Assembly: GCA_035547575.1 (NCBI GenBank)
Contig: DASZUO010000303.1
Span: 1,183-65,182, forward strand
DNA from: Amycolatopsis sp.
GTDB taxonomy: Bacteria; Actinomycetota; Actinomycetes; Mycobacteriales; Pseudonocardiaceae
Length of the DNA: 64,000 bases
Direction of reading: 5' to 3'
Position 1 is the stretch's first letter. Each line of letters starts with the position of its first letter. Made by a program: the position numbers and the translations under genes. This document shows, piece by piece, positions 30,851 to 40,410 of the stretch. Under the pieces are notes generated by a model. The model saw only the letters and a program-made list of their open reading frames with translations. It was not told the origin of the DNA and searched no databases.

Positions 30851-31737
30851 CCTACCGTCCCTCGAACGGGTGATGCCTCGGGCCCGCTCGGTTCGAGATC
30901 GGCCCGCCGGGCCCTGGTCCGGGCGGCGAGGAACAGCGCCTGCCGCCGCAGTCGCGCGCCGGGCGCCTTCGCCGCGCCGACCAGCCGGTCACGCCGCCGG
31001 ACGTCCCACTGCGGTGCAGCGGCCACCTCGCCGGACAGCGACCGCTGCTCGGCGAACCCGGTGTGATCGGTCGCGGCCGACAGCGAGACGGTCGACACGC
31101 GGAACGCCGCCAGGGACTCGCGAATGCCGTAGAAGTCGCCCCGCTCGAGCAGGTCGACCCACAGCGCCAGATCCATCGGGAACATCCAGCGCGCGTCGAA
31201 GCCACCCACGGCGTCGAAATCCGCGCGCCGGAACAGCGCCACGGCCGACTCACCGAGCGGGTTGCCGCCGTGCCGCACCACCCGGCGAATCACCTCGCGG
31301 CTCGCGTGCCTGCCGACAAGGCCGCGCAGCCCGACGTTGCGCAGGATCGGCCGCGACTCCTCGTTGATCATCGCGCGGCGGCTGCACACCAGCGCGATCC
31401 CCGGATCCCGTGCCAGCACCGCGTACTGCCGTTCCAGGCAGGTCGGATGCAGCAGGTCGTCGGCGCACACCAGCTTCACCAACGGCGCCGTAGTCTCGGC
31501 GACGGCCTTGTTCCAGTTGTCGGCGATAGGCAGCACATGCTCGTTGCGCACAACTCGCAAACGCGGATCGTCGAATCCGCGCAGCACCGCGGCAGTGGAG
31601 TCGGTCGACGCATTGTCGATCACGACCAGCTCGAAGTCCCGGAACGTCTGTGCGAGCACACTGCGGATCGTGCCCTCCAGATATAGTCCGGCCTGATATG
31701 CCGGGACACAGACCGAGATTTCGGGCCTCTTCACCAC
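30838..31737 (-). CDS. GT2 glycosyltransferase
   Basis: ISVCVPAY, IDNASTD, CADD and VGGFD motifs. Confidence 0.92.
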   Translation of the reverse strand: MVKRPEISVCVPAYQAGLYLEGTIRSVLAQTFRDFELVVIDNASTDSTAAVLRGFDDPRLRVVRNEHVLPIADNWNKAVAETTAPLVKLVCADDLLHPTCLERQYAVLARDPGIALVCSRRAMINEESRPILRNVGLRGLVGRHASREVIRRVVRHGGNPLGESAVALFRRADFDAVGGFDARWMFPMDLALWVDLLERGDFYGIRESLAAFRVSTVSLSAATDHTGFAEQRSLSGEVAAAPQWDVRRRDRLVGAAKAPGARLRRQALFLAARTRARRADLEPSGPEASPVRGTVGWPL

Positions 31738-31757
31738 GCTTCCCCTCTCTGCCCGGC

Positions 31758-32972
31758 GTGCGGAGCCTCGCGATGGTAGCGGTGTTACTCATCGTGATCA
31801 GTGTCTGGTTGCCCGGGGACACGCGCGCCTGGGGAGGTGCTCACATGCGGCTGGGGGTGACCCACGCCCAGTACAGCCTCGACCCGTGGCTGCCGCCGGC
31901 TCGTGCGGCGGAGGGCGAACGCATTCTCGGGGCCGCTCCCCTGCTGCAGAACCAGCACATCATGGGCTGGGGCGCGCTCAATCCCGAGCCCGCGCCCGGA
32001 GAGTACGACTGGTCCACTGTGGACAGCCGGATGGAGCTGATCGCCCGCACCGGCGGCACCCCGGTGATCACGTTGTGTTGTGCCCCGGACTGGATGAAGG
32101 GCGGCAGCCCGGGCGCCACGGACTGGGACCGCCTCACGGACGCGCCGCTGCCCGCGCACTACGCGGACTTCGCGGCCCTCGCCGCGACGGTCGCGCGGCG
32201 CTACCCGCAGGTGCACTACTTCCAGGTCTGGAACGAGCTGAAGGGCTTCTGGGACGCGGCGGGCAACACGTGGGATGCCCCCGCGTACACCGACTTCTAC
32301 AACCAGGTCTACGACGCGGTGAAGCGCGTGCGGCCGGACGCGGAGATCGGTGGGCCCTACGCGGTGTTCACCGTCGACCCGTCGGCGAGCGAGGCCGGTC
32401 CGCTGACCGGTGCCTACGGCCGTGTCGACGAGCGCGTGCTGCAGCTGTACCGCTACTGGAACGAGCACAAGCACGGCGCGGACTTCGTCGCGGTGGACGC
32501 CACGACGAGGTCGGCCGCGGGCAGTGCCCTGTTCGCCGACGCGACACGCTGGGTGCACGCGCTGACCGGCTTGCCCGTGTGGTGGTCGGAGTTCTATCCC
32601 GCGCCCGCCGCGGACACCGATGAGGCACGGGCCGCCGCGACCCTCGACGCCGTCGCGCAGGCGGCCGAGGCCGGGGCCTCGGCGATGCTGCTCTGGCAGC
32701 CGCAGGCGAGCGACGACCTGCCGTACGCGGCGTTGTGGACCGATCCGTCCGCGGGACCGGCCGGCCCGACGAGCCTGACCGCCGCGTGGACGTGGCTCGC
32801 GCCGCGGCTGGCCGCCGGGTCCGTGCGCATCGCCAGGGACGTGCCTGGCGATCTGCTGTGGTTCACCGACGGCCACGAGACGCTGACGGTGAACCTGTCC
32901 GCGTCGGGCCGGCTCGTCCGCGAGAACGGGGACACCACAAGCCTTCCGCCGTTCGCGATCGCACTGGGCTGA
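31758..32972 (+). CDS. Secreted clan GH-A hydrolase (GH39-like)
   Basis: Signal-like N-terminus; QHIMGWG, TLCCAPDWMKG, acid/base FQVWNELKG and nucleophile PVWWSEFY motifs. Start uncertain (31758 or 31773). Confidence 0.8.
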   Translation: MRSLAMVAVLLIVISVWLPGDTRAWGGAHMRLGVTHAQYSLDPWLPPARAAEGERILGAAPLLQNQHIMGWGALNPEPAPGEYDWSTVDSRMELIARTGGTPVITLCCAPDWMKGGSPGATDWDRLTDAPLPAHYADFAALAATVARRYPQVHYFQVWNELKGFWDAAGNTWDAPAYTDFYNQVYDAVKRVRPDAEIGGPYAVFTVDPSASEAGPLTGAYGRVDERVLQLYRYWNEHKHGADFVAVDATTRSAAGSALFADATRWVHALTGLPVWWSEFYPAPAADTDEARAAATLDAVAQAAEAGASAMLLWQPQASDDLPYAALWTDPSAGPAGPTSLTAAWTWLAPRLAAGSVRIARDVPGDLLWFTDGHETLTVNLSASGRLVRENGDTTSLPPFAIALG

Positions 32973-32977
32973 TCGTC

Positions 32978-33211
32978 TCATCCCGAGGTGAGGCCGGCGA
33001 CGATGCGCCAGATCGCGCCCGCGACGGTCAGCACGGCGAGCACGACGGCGATCATGTCGAGCAACCGGATGCGGCTGGTGCGGGCGGTCGCCGAGTCCGT
33101 GGACCGGCGCCCCACGGCGAGTTCCTTGAGGACCGTGCGGGCGATCAGCACGCCCAGCAACGCCACCCCGCACAGCGCGGTGACCAGCGTGAGCACGTCC
33201 GCGGCACTCAC
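32978..33211 (-). CDS. Small 2-TM membrane protein
   Basis: 77 aa, two hydrophobic helices; GTG 4 nt after the upstream stop. Confidence 0.7.
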   Translation of the reverse strand: MSAADVLTLVTALCGVALLGVLIARTVLKELAVGRRSTDSATARTSRIRLLDMIAVVLAVLTVAGAIWRIVAGLTSG

Positions 33212-33215
33212 GGCG

Positions 33216-35204
33216 TCATCCTGTCCCTTCGTCGACGGGCTGCACGTCCGGCTCCGCGGCGCTGGTCCGGCCGAGCACGAGTGCGCCGTTGTCGTTGTAC
33301 ACCACGCGATACAGGCTGTTCTCCAGTCCGTGCAGCAACTGGTCCTCATACCCCGGCGGGGTATGGTTGAGGATCGACAGGTACGCGAACTGCGGCTCGG
33401 TCACCACAAGATAGTCGGGGCCGTTCTCCTGCAGGCACGCGACCGCGACCTCGGCCTTCGACAGGTCGGGGCAGTAGTTGTCCGCTTCGGACTGCTTCAC
33501 AACGCCGACGCGGGTGAACTGCAGCGGCACCGCGTTGACCAGCGAGTCGACCCGCTGGCCCGGCTCCGCGCGTTGCACGGCCCAGGTCGCGGCGGAGACG
33601 TCGTCCTTGCTCACGCTGGTGTAGGCGTCGTTGCCGCCCCGCGCCAGTACCGTCATCAACGCGAGCACCGACAGCGCCACGCACGGCAGCGCCGCCACCG
33701 CGACGGTGCGGGAGGGCCGGTTCCGCCAGCGCAGCCGCCGCGCGTGGGTGACCGCCCGCTCGAGCGCGATCCCGCCCGCGAGTGCCATGAACGGCAGCGA
33801 GAACAGGAAGCAGCGCATGAACACCTCGCCGCCGTAGGACTGCGCCAGCGCGAGCCCGAACGGCGCGACGCACAGCGCGGGCAGCAGCCACGACCGCAGG
33901 TTGTCCCGGCGCATGAACACGATGCCGAGCGCGGCGATCGCCGCGACCAGCCCGCTAGCGGCGATCCGCACGAGCAGCACCACGAGATGCCCGCTGCTGC
34001 CGGAAAGGCGGTCGAACAGTCCCTGCCCGACCGAGCCGCCGACGTCGCCGAGCGGGCTGAGGATCAGCGGGATCAGCTGGCCGATCCAGAAGTCGGACGC
34101 GCCGAGCGAGAACCACACGACGGCGCCGGCCAGCACCACGAACGGCAGCCACGCCGGCCACAGGCGGCCGAAGAGCAGCAGCATGATCAGCAGCGCGCCC
34201 AGGATGTACGGGGTGAGCTGGTGGGTCGGCGCGAGCCCGAGCCCGATGAGCACCACCGAGCCCTGCGCGACCAGCCGGGCCTTGGGACTGGAACGGGGCG
34301 CCAGGCGCACCCGCATTCGCGCCCGCACCGGCTCGGTCAGCCGGGGCCGCACGAGATGCCGGAACGTCAGCGTGAGCGCGGCCAGCATCAGCACCATCGA
34401 GGTGGCCTGCGGCGAGAAGTAGTCCTGTTCGGTCCAGTTGCCGACGAGGAAGATCCACGGCGCGATCCACGACGCGCGGCGGTTTCCCAGCGCGGACACG
34501 GCGAACGCGCGCACGCCCAGCACCATCAGGCCGGCCAGCACCGTCGGCGCCCAGTTCAGCAGCGGGATCGCGTTCGGGATCCCGGACGCCTTGGTGATCA
34601 TGGCGACGAACGAGAAGAAGCCCGCCCACGAGAACCGCGCGTCATAGCCGCGCAGCACGTCGCCGTTGTTGGCGATGTACTCGGCGAAACCCGCGTGCAG
34701 CCACGAGGTCGGCAGCCGGGCCTCCGCCTCCACCGCCGGTTGCAGCCCGTACACGAACACGACGCCGACGAGCGTGTACGCGGTGAGGAACCAGGTCCGC
34801 GGCTCGTAGCGCAACAGTTCCAGGATCACCGCCGCGATCAGGACCGGATACGCCAGCAGGGTCAGGACGTTCAGCTCGCCGAACAGCCCCAGCCCGCCCA
34901 TCGCCGAGGGCGCCACGGGATGCAGCCCGAGGACCCACAGGATGACGCCGGCGGCGGCCAGCGCGGGACCGAAGTACGGGTCGGCGAGGACGGCGGGGCG
35001 GCCCGGTCCCCGCCCCAGCGGCGGCCGCGACTCGACGGCGCGCCGCGGCGCGGTCTCCTCCGCCGGGGTCAGCAGCCCCGCGGCGGGGATGTAGCGGGTC
35101 GGCGTGTTCGACGGCGTGTAGTGCACCGGCCGGCCGGCGCCCGGGTAGCGGCGAAACGGCCGGTTCGGGCGGAACGCGCCCAGAAACCGGGTCGGCGCAC
35201 TCAC
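33216..35204 (-). CDS. Large polytopic membrane protein (putative GT-C or Wzy-like glycan polymerase)
   Basis: About 660 aa with more than 10 TM segments and polar loops WLHAGFAEYI, WTEQDYFSPQ, HQLTPY and YGGEVFMR; start overlaps the flippase stop. Confidence 0.7.
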   Translation of the reverse strand: MSAPTRFLGAFRPNRPFRRYPGAGRPVHYTPSNTPTRYIPAAGLLTPAEETAPRRAVESRPPLGRGPGRPAVLADPYFGPALAAAGVILWVLGLHPVAPSAMGGLGLFGELNVLTLLAYPVLIAAVILELLRYEPRTWFLTAYTLVGVVFVYGLQPAVEAEARLPTSWLHAGFAEYIANNGDVLRGYDARFSWAGFFSFVAMITKASGIPNAIPLLNWAPTVLAGLMVLGVRAFAVSALGNRRASWIAPWIFLVGNWTEQDYFSPQATSMVLMLAALTLTFRHLVRPRLTEPVRARMRVRLAPRSSPKARLVAQGSVVLIGLGLAPTHQLTPYILGALLIMLLLFGRLWPAWLPFVVLAGAVVWFSLGASDFWIGQLIPLILSPLGDVGGSVGQGLFDRLSGSSGHLVVLLVRIAASGLVAAIAALGIVFMRRDNLRSWLLPALCVAPFGLALAQSYGGEVFMRCFLFSLPFMALAGGIALERAVTHARRLRWRNRPSRTVAVAALPCVALSVLALMTVLARGGNDAYTSVSKDDVSAATWAVQRAEPGQRVDSLVNAVPLQFTRVGVVKQSEADNYCPDLSKAEVAVACLQENGPDYLVVTEPQFAYLSILNHTPPGYEDQLLHGLENSLYRVVYNDNGALVLGRTSAAEPDVQPVDEGTG

Positions 35205-36457
35205 GCCGTCGCTCCGCGCAACCGGCGCGGCAGGTCCGCCAGCACCACGGCGGCCAGCACGCACTCGGCGATCAGCAGGCCCACCCCGAACGCCAGTTCC
35301 GTGGGCATCACGAAGGCGAGCACGACGGCCAGCGCGGCGGTGGCCGCGTGCAGCGTGGCGACCCCCGTTCCGCGTCCCTGCCCGAGATGCACGGCGATCG
35401 CGAGCAGCACGACGAGCCGGGGCGCCTGCGCCACGAGCAGGATCCGGAACAGGCCGGCGCCCGCGGTGTAGTCCTTGCCGAAGATCAGCAGGATCACGCC
35501 GGCGAGCACGCCGCCGAGCACCAGCAGCGGTACGAACACCAGGGCGAGCCGCCTGCCGGCCTCGCCGACCAGGGCGCGTGTGTGGCCGGGTTCGGCGGAC
35601 AGCCGCACCACGAGTGGGTTGACGAACACCGACGCGGCCAGGTCGAGTGCGTTGATCGCCGTCCACACCACGAAGAACACCGCGTTGGCCTCGGCGCCGA
35701 AGCGATGCAGCATGATCAGCGGGATCAGGTTGTACAGCACGACGACGCACACCGTGCCGGGGTAGGTCGGCGCGAGCAGCCGCACGATCTCGCGCCGATC
35801 GGGCAGCACGCCGGGTTCGCCGGGCGGGCGCACGCGCCGGAACACCAGCGCGGTCACCACGAGCACGGCCAGCACCGTCGGCACGATCCACGACAGCAGC
35901 AGCCCCTGGGCGCCCGCGAGCGGTGCGAGCGCGACGAGCACGATCAGCCGGGCCAGCGCGAACAGCCCGTTCTCGATCGGCACCCAGCGCGCGCGGCGCA
36001 GCCCGGTCAGCACGGCGTCCTGGAACTGGAACACCGTCCACGCGGCGGCGGCCACCACGAACAGCGCGATGCCGCCGGGGAACTTCGCCACCACTTCACG
36101 GCCGGAGGGCAGCAGCACGAACACGACGCCACCGACCAGCCCGCCGGCCAGCACGATCACGTACGACCGGCTCAGCAACCGCCGCAGCAGGCTGCCGGAC
36201 CGCGGCAGCCAGCGCAGGATCGCGGGCCCGAGCCCGAGTTCGGCGATCCCCGCGACGAGCAGCATGCCTGACACGAACGCCGACGCGTGCCCGACGTCGG
36301 CCGCCGGCAGCAGCCGCGCCGCCAGTATCCAGCCCACCATGCCCGCGACCGCGCTGATCGCGGCGCTGGCCGAGAGGGCGAGCCCGTCGGCGAACATGCC
36401 CTGCCCCGAGCCCAGCGGGGCCTGGGGCCGGGTGCGCTGGCGCGGCCACCGCGTCAC
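35201..36457 (-). CDS. Wzx/MOP-type polysaccharide flippase
   Basis: About 12 TM segments; GxxGWxLAARLL..DVG, QDAVLTGLR and LLIFGKDY patterns; glycan locus context. Confidence 0.8.
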   Translation of the reverse strand: MTRWPRQRTRPQAPLGSGQGMFADGLALSASAAISAVAGMVGWILAARLLPAADVGHASAFVSGMLLVAGIAELGLGPAILRWLPRSGSLLRRLLSRSYVIVLAGGLVGGVVFVLLPSGREVVAKFPGGIALFVVAAAAWTVFQFQDAVLTGLRRARWVPIENGLFALARLIVLVALAPLAGAQGLLLSWIVPTVLAVLVVTALVFRRVRPPGEPGVLPDRREIVRLLAPTYPGTVCVVVLYNLIPLIMLHRFGAEANAVFFVVWTAINALDLAASVFVNPLVVRLSAEPGHTRALVGEAGRRLALVFVPLLVLGGVLAGVILLIFGKDYTAGAGLFRILLVAQAPRLVVLLAIAVHLGQGRGTGVATLHAATAALAVVLAFVMPTELAFGVGLLIAECVLAAVVLADLPRRLRGATA

Positions 36458-36819
36458 CGGGCACCCGCCTCGCGCGGCGGCCTGCTCCGCACGACGTGGT
36501 GGACCAGCAGCGCGCCGGTCGCGATCGCCATCGAGACGACCGCGACCTCGGGATGCCAGGCGTGGGTCAGCACCAGCATCTGCGCCAGCACGATGCCGAC
36601 GGCGACCGACAGCCCGACGGCGCAGATCCAGGTCACCGACACGTGCCGCACGTTGACATAGGAAATGAGTGCCCAGCCGGGTGCGGTGCCGACGAACACC
36701 AGCACCAGCAGGGTCCGCACCGGCGTGACGACGTCGATCATGATCAGCAGGATCGTGAGAGCGCAGACACCCAGCAGGCAGTACGCGGTGATCCGCCGGT
36801 TCCGCAGTTGCCGAATCAC
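36454..36819 (-). CDS. Small 4-TM membrane protein
   Basis: Hydrophobic ORF with APGWA and AWHP motifs; stop overlaps the flippase start. Confidence 0.75.
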   Translation of the reverse strand: MIRQLRNRRITAYCLLGVCALTILLIMIDVVTPVRTLLVLVFVGTAPGWALISYVNVRHVSVTWICAVGLSVAVGIVLAQMLVLTHAWHPEVAVVSMAIATGALLVHHVVRSRPPREAGAR

Positions 36820-36848
36820 CGCCGCATCCCCTCCCGTCTCGCCTGTCG

Positions 36849-38987
36849 CTACCCGCGTTGCCGGCGCCACGCGACGACGAGGGCGGCCGGGCCTGTCAGC
36901 ATTCCATAGCGCTCGTCACGTCTGAGTTGGCGTAGCCGCGAACGGGCGGCCCGGTCGGACAGCGGCAGTTCCGGGGTGCGCGCGGCGAGCCGTGCGAGGC
37001 CGCGCGGCAGGCGGCGCAGGATGGAGAAGACCGTCGCCGGCCGGCGCACGACCGACAGCAACAGCATGGCGGACAGGCCGACGCCGTAGCCGCGCATCTG
37101 CTCGCGCAGTTCGAGCCAGTCCGCGCGGTGGATGTGCCGTGCCACGGCGTGTGGCGTGAACACCACCGTGCCGTCCATCCTGGCCAGCCGGACGAAAAGG
37201 TCGAGGTCCTCCCCCGCCATCGCCGGGCTGCCCGCGCCGAGCAGCGGGTCGAACCCGCCGAGCCGCTCGAACGTCGTGCGCCGCCACGTGGTGCAGCTGC
37301 CGGGGCCGTAGCGCGCGAGCGACAGCGGGTAGAGCGGGTCCTCGCGCGCGGTGCCGCGGTCCAGCCGCTGCCTGCGCACGGAGTGGCTGTAACCCTTGAG
37401 GCGCTCGTAGAGCACCTCGGCGTCGGTCTCGAGGCTCGCGGGCAGCACGAGCGCGGTCACGCAGCCCACGCCGGAGTCGGTGACGAACTCCTCGGCGACC
37501 GCGTCGAACCAGCCCGGCTCGACGCTGATGTTCTCGTCCAGGAACGCGATCAGCTCGCCGCTGCTGTGCCGTGCGCCGGTGTTGCGGGCGATGCTGGCGC
37601 CCTTGCGCGGCTCGACGACGTAGCGCACGCCGAGTTCGTCCAGTTCGCCGCGCAGCCAGTCGTCCCCGGCGGGTGCGGGCGGGTGGTTGTCGACCACGAC
37701 GATCTCCAGCCGCGGGTAGCCGGCGGACAGCGCGGCCCGCACGCTCTGCAGCGCCTGCGCCTTGCGGTGGGCCGTGGGCAGCACGACGCTGATCAGCGGC
37801 CGCTCGAACTCGCGGCGCCGCGGACGTGGGCCGGCGGTGATCATGTCGAGCCGCACCGCGCCGCGCCGTACCGGCAGCAGCACCACGTCGAGGGTGCGGT
37901 CGCCGTCGCGGACCAGCACCTGCGCGGCCTGGTAGCGGCCGACCGTGCGGGACGGCACGGGCAGTTCGACCGGCAGGTCGCCGACGTCGACGGTCGCGAC
38001 GTGGATCGGGCCGTGCACGAGCTTCGGCGTGGTGGTACGGACCCGCAGCCGCGGACCGGCGAGCTTGCCGCGCACGTACCCGGACGCGGTCGCGACCACC
38101 ACGGTGCAGATCGCGGCGAGCCCCGTGCCGCCGGCCCCATTTCCCCGCAACAGCCGGGAAAACTCGCGCAGCACCGCCGAAACGATCACCTTGCGCAGGT
38201 AGTCCCGCTCGGTCGACAGCGCCGCGTCCGCGCCCACCGACCGCGACACCAGCGCCTTGGACAGCCCCTCACCCCAGCCGCGGCGGCGCAGGTAGCGCCA
38301 CGTCAGCCGGTCCGGCGTGACGCGGTGGCGGACGACCGCGGCGGGCCGGAACAGGATGGCCGACCCTGGCGAGGCCTGGCCGATCCGGATGCACAGTTCG
38401 GTCTCCTCGCAGCCGAGCGGGGTACGCCCGACGCGGCCGAGGTCCTCGGTGAACAGGCCGGCGAAGTGGAACGCCTCGCGGCGGAAGGACATGTTGCAGC
38501 CCATGAGGTTGCGCACCGGCGTCTCGGTGACCGGCTGGCCGGTGTAGGTGCAGCCGACCACCCAGTCGAGCTCGCCGGTGCCCTCGCCCCGCGCGGGCAG
38601 CAGCGGCGAGCGCACGCCGTCGGGCCACACCGGGCGCGCGGCGCCGCCGACTGCCACGACGCTGGGGTCGTGGTAGCCCGCCAGCAACTGTTCGAGCCAG
38701 TCCGGTTCGGGGCAGGCGTCGTCGTCGAGGAACGCGAGCACGTCGCCCTTCGCGAGTTCGATCGCCGTGTTGCGCGCCCCGGACAGGCCGCGGCGGCCGG
38801 CGTTCTCGGCCACGGTGACGCCGAGGAACTCGGCGGCGGCACGCGCGGCGAGGTCAGGGTTGTGGTCGATGACGAGGATGATCTCCGCCGGCGGCAGGGT
38901 TTGTGCGCGCACCGCGGCGATCCCCGCGACGAGGTCGGCCCACCGGCGATCCGTGTACGCGCAGATCACCACCGATACCGCGGTCAC
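36849..38987 (-). CDS. Two-domain GT2 glycosyltransferase
   Basis: Domain 1: VSVVICAY, GLSGARN, AFLDDDA, GCEETE. Domain 2: ISVVLPT, VVVDN, ASIARN, AFLDEN, AGEDLD. Confidence 0.9.
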   Translation of the reverse strand: MTAVSVVICAYTDRRWADLVAGIAAVRAQTLPPAEIILVIDHNPDLAARAAAEFLGVTVAENAGRRGLSGARNTAIELAKGDVLAFLDDDACPEPDWLEQLLAGYHDPSVVAVGGAARPVWPDGVRSPLLPARGEGTGELDWVVGCTYTGQPVTETPVRNLMGCNMSFRREAFHFAGLFTEDLGRVGRTPLGCEETELCIRIGQASPGSAILFRPAAVVRHRVTPDRLTWRYLRRRGWGEGLSKALVSRSVGADAALSTERDYLRKVIVSAVLREFSRLLRGNGAGGTGLAAICTVVVATASGYVRGKLAGPRLRVRTTTPKLVHGPIHVATVDVGDLPVELPVPSRTVGRYQAAQVLVRDGDRTLDVVLLPVRRGAVRLDMITAGPRPRRREFERPLISVVLPTAHRKAQALQSVRAALSAGYPRLEIVVVDNHPPAPAGDDWLRGELDELGVRYVVEPRKGASIARNTGARHSSGELIAFLDENISVEPGWFDAVAEEFVTDSGVGCVTALVLPASLETDAEVLYERLKGYSHSVRRQRLDRGTAREDPLYPLSLARYGPGSCTTWRRTTFERLGGFDPLLGAGSPAMAGEDLDLFVRLARMDGTVVFTPHAVARHIHRADWLELREQMRGYGVGLSAMLLLSVVRRPATVFSILRRLPRGLARLAARTPELPLSDRAARSRLRQLRRDERYGMLTGPAALVVAWRRQRG

Positions 38988-39895
38988 GCCCGCTCCCCCG
39001 TCCGCGGTGCCGTGCGGGACCCCCACACGCCGTCATGCGCCATGAGGGGATCCCGCACGGCGTTGAACCGGCGAGTGCGGCGCTCCTTGCCGACCCGCTG
39101 CCACTCGGCGACCAGCGTGCGCAGCACCCGGCCGCCGTCGGAGAAGGTCCGCAGGTTCGTCTCGCCGTAGAGCCGCGCCCGCTCGACGCTGGGCACCTCG
39201 GTGATCCACAACCCGAGCGCCGCCACCCGGCAGTTGATCACGGTCTCGATCTCGAAGCCGTCGCCCCACAGCATCCGATCGCCGTCCGCGAACACGGGCG
39301 GCAGCGCCAGCCGCGGCACCAGGTCCCGCCAGAAGGCGTTGTAGCCGTAGCACAGGTCGGTGAACCCGCCGCTGAACAACGTGTTGCTCAGCCGGTTGAG
39401 CCCCGAGTTGCCCGCCGCCCGCAGCGCGGTGATGTCGTGGCTCCCGCCGCCGGGCGCGAACCGAGTGCCCTTGGCGAAGTCCGCGCCACCGACGAGGGCG
39501 TCCACGAACCGCGGGATCTCCGCGGGGTCGGCGGAGCCGTCGGCGTCGAACATGACGATCACGTCGCCGGAGGCGGCGGCGAACCCGCAGGCGAGCGCGT
39601 TGCCCTTGCCGCGGCGGGTCTGCTGGACGACGCGCACGTCAGGCAGCATCTCGCGCGCGACCTCGGCGGTACCGTCGCCGGAATGTCCGTCCACGACGAG
39701 CACTTCGGACACGGGCGGCAGTTCGGGCAGCACCTCGCGCAGGTTCGCGGCCTCGTTCTTCGCCGGCACCACGATCGTCACATCGGGTTCGAGCCGTCTG
39801 CGCGGTCTGCGGCGCGCGGCGGCGCTGATCAGCCTGCCTAGGTCGTCGTAGCGGGGGGCGTCGGTGACGGGACGCGGGGAGTCGGTGATCGTCAC
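38984..39895 (-). CDS. GT2 glycosyltransferase, polyprenol-phosphate-sugar synthase (DPM1-like)
   Basis: VPAKNEA, VDGHSGDGT, GKGNAL, FDADGS, DLCYGY and GFEIET motifs. Confidence 0.88.
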   Translation of the reverse strand: MTITDSPRPVTDAPRYDDLGRLISAAARRRPRRRLEPDVTIVVPAKNEAANLREVLPELPPVSEVLVVDGHSGDGTAEVAREMLPDVRVVQQTRRGKGNALACGFAAASGDVIVMFDADGSADPAEIPRFVDALVGGADFAKGTRFAPGGGSHDITALRAAGNSGLNRLSNTLFSGGFTDLCYGYNAFWRDLVPRLALPPVFADGDRMLWGDGFEIETVINCRVAALGLWITEVPSVERARLYGETNLRTFSDGGRVLRTLVAEWQRVGKERRTRRFNAVRDPLMAHDGVWGSRTAPRTGERA

Positions 39896-40306
39896 GCGCT
39901 GGGTTCCTCACGGGGCGGTGGGCATCGGGGTGGGGGAGATGTCTCTGTGACGCTTGAACACTGATCAGGTTGCGGCGACGGGTCTGAGCCGGCCGGGCTT
40001 TTTTGCGGGGTGCGCGGGCGCGCGCCATCGTCGTACGCGATGTCGCCGGCGCGGAAGCGCGTGACGTGACGTGTGCCATAGCCGGGGCACGGCGACAGCG
40101 GCGGCCGGGGGGCGGCGAGCCGGACCGGCTCGGGCACGTCGCCGGCCGCGCTGCCGCACACGCCGTAGCGACTGCCGAACAGCACTATTTTCACGACGCG
40201 ACCCCACCGATGCTCGTCCCAGCGCGTCCCGGCGCCCCGGGAAGCGTGACACCGCCGGGATCGCGAAGGCGATCTCGGCGTGCTGTCACGGTGACTATAG
40301 GATCAT

Positions 40307-40330
40307 TACCCGGTCGCGTTACGCGCAATC
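40307..40330 (-). promoter_or_regulatory. Possible SigF/SigB-type promoter for the GT operon
   Basis: Minus strand GATT-N15-GGGTA(A), one mismatch to GTTT-N15-17-GGGTA. Confidence 0.45.
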
Positions 40331-40410
40331 GGGTGATCGACCAACACCGGTCGGGTGTATGGAGTCGCTATGCGTAGTTTTTCCTGAACCGGGTGCCGCG
40401 GGAACGCGTC

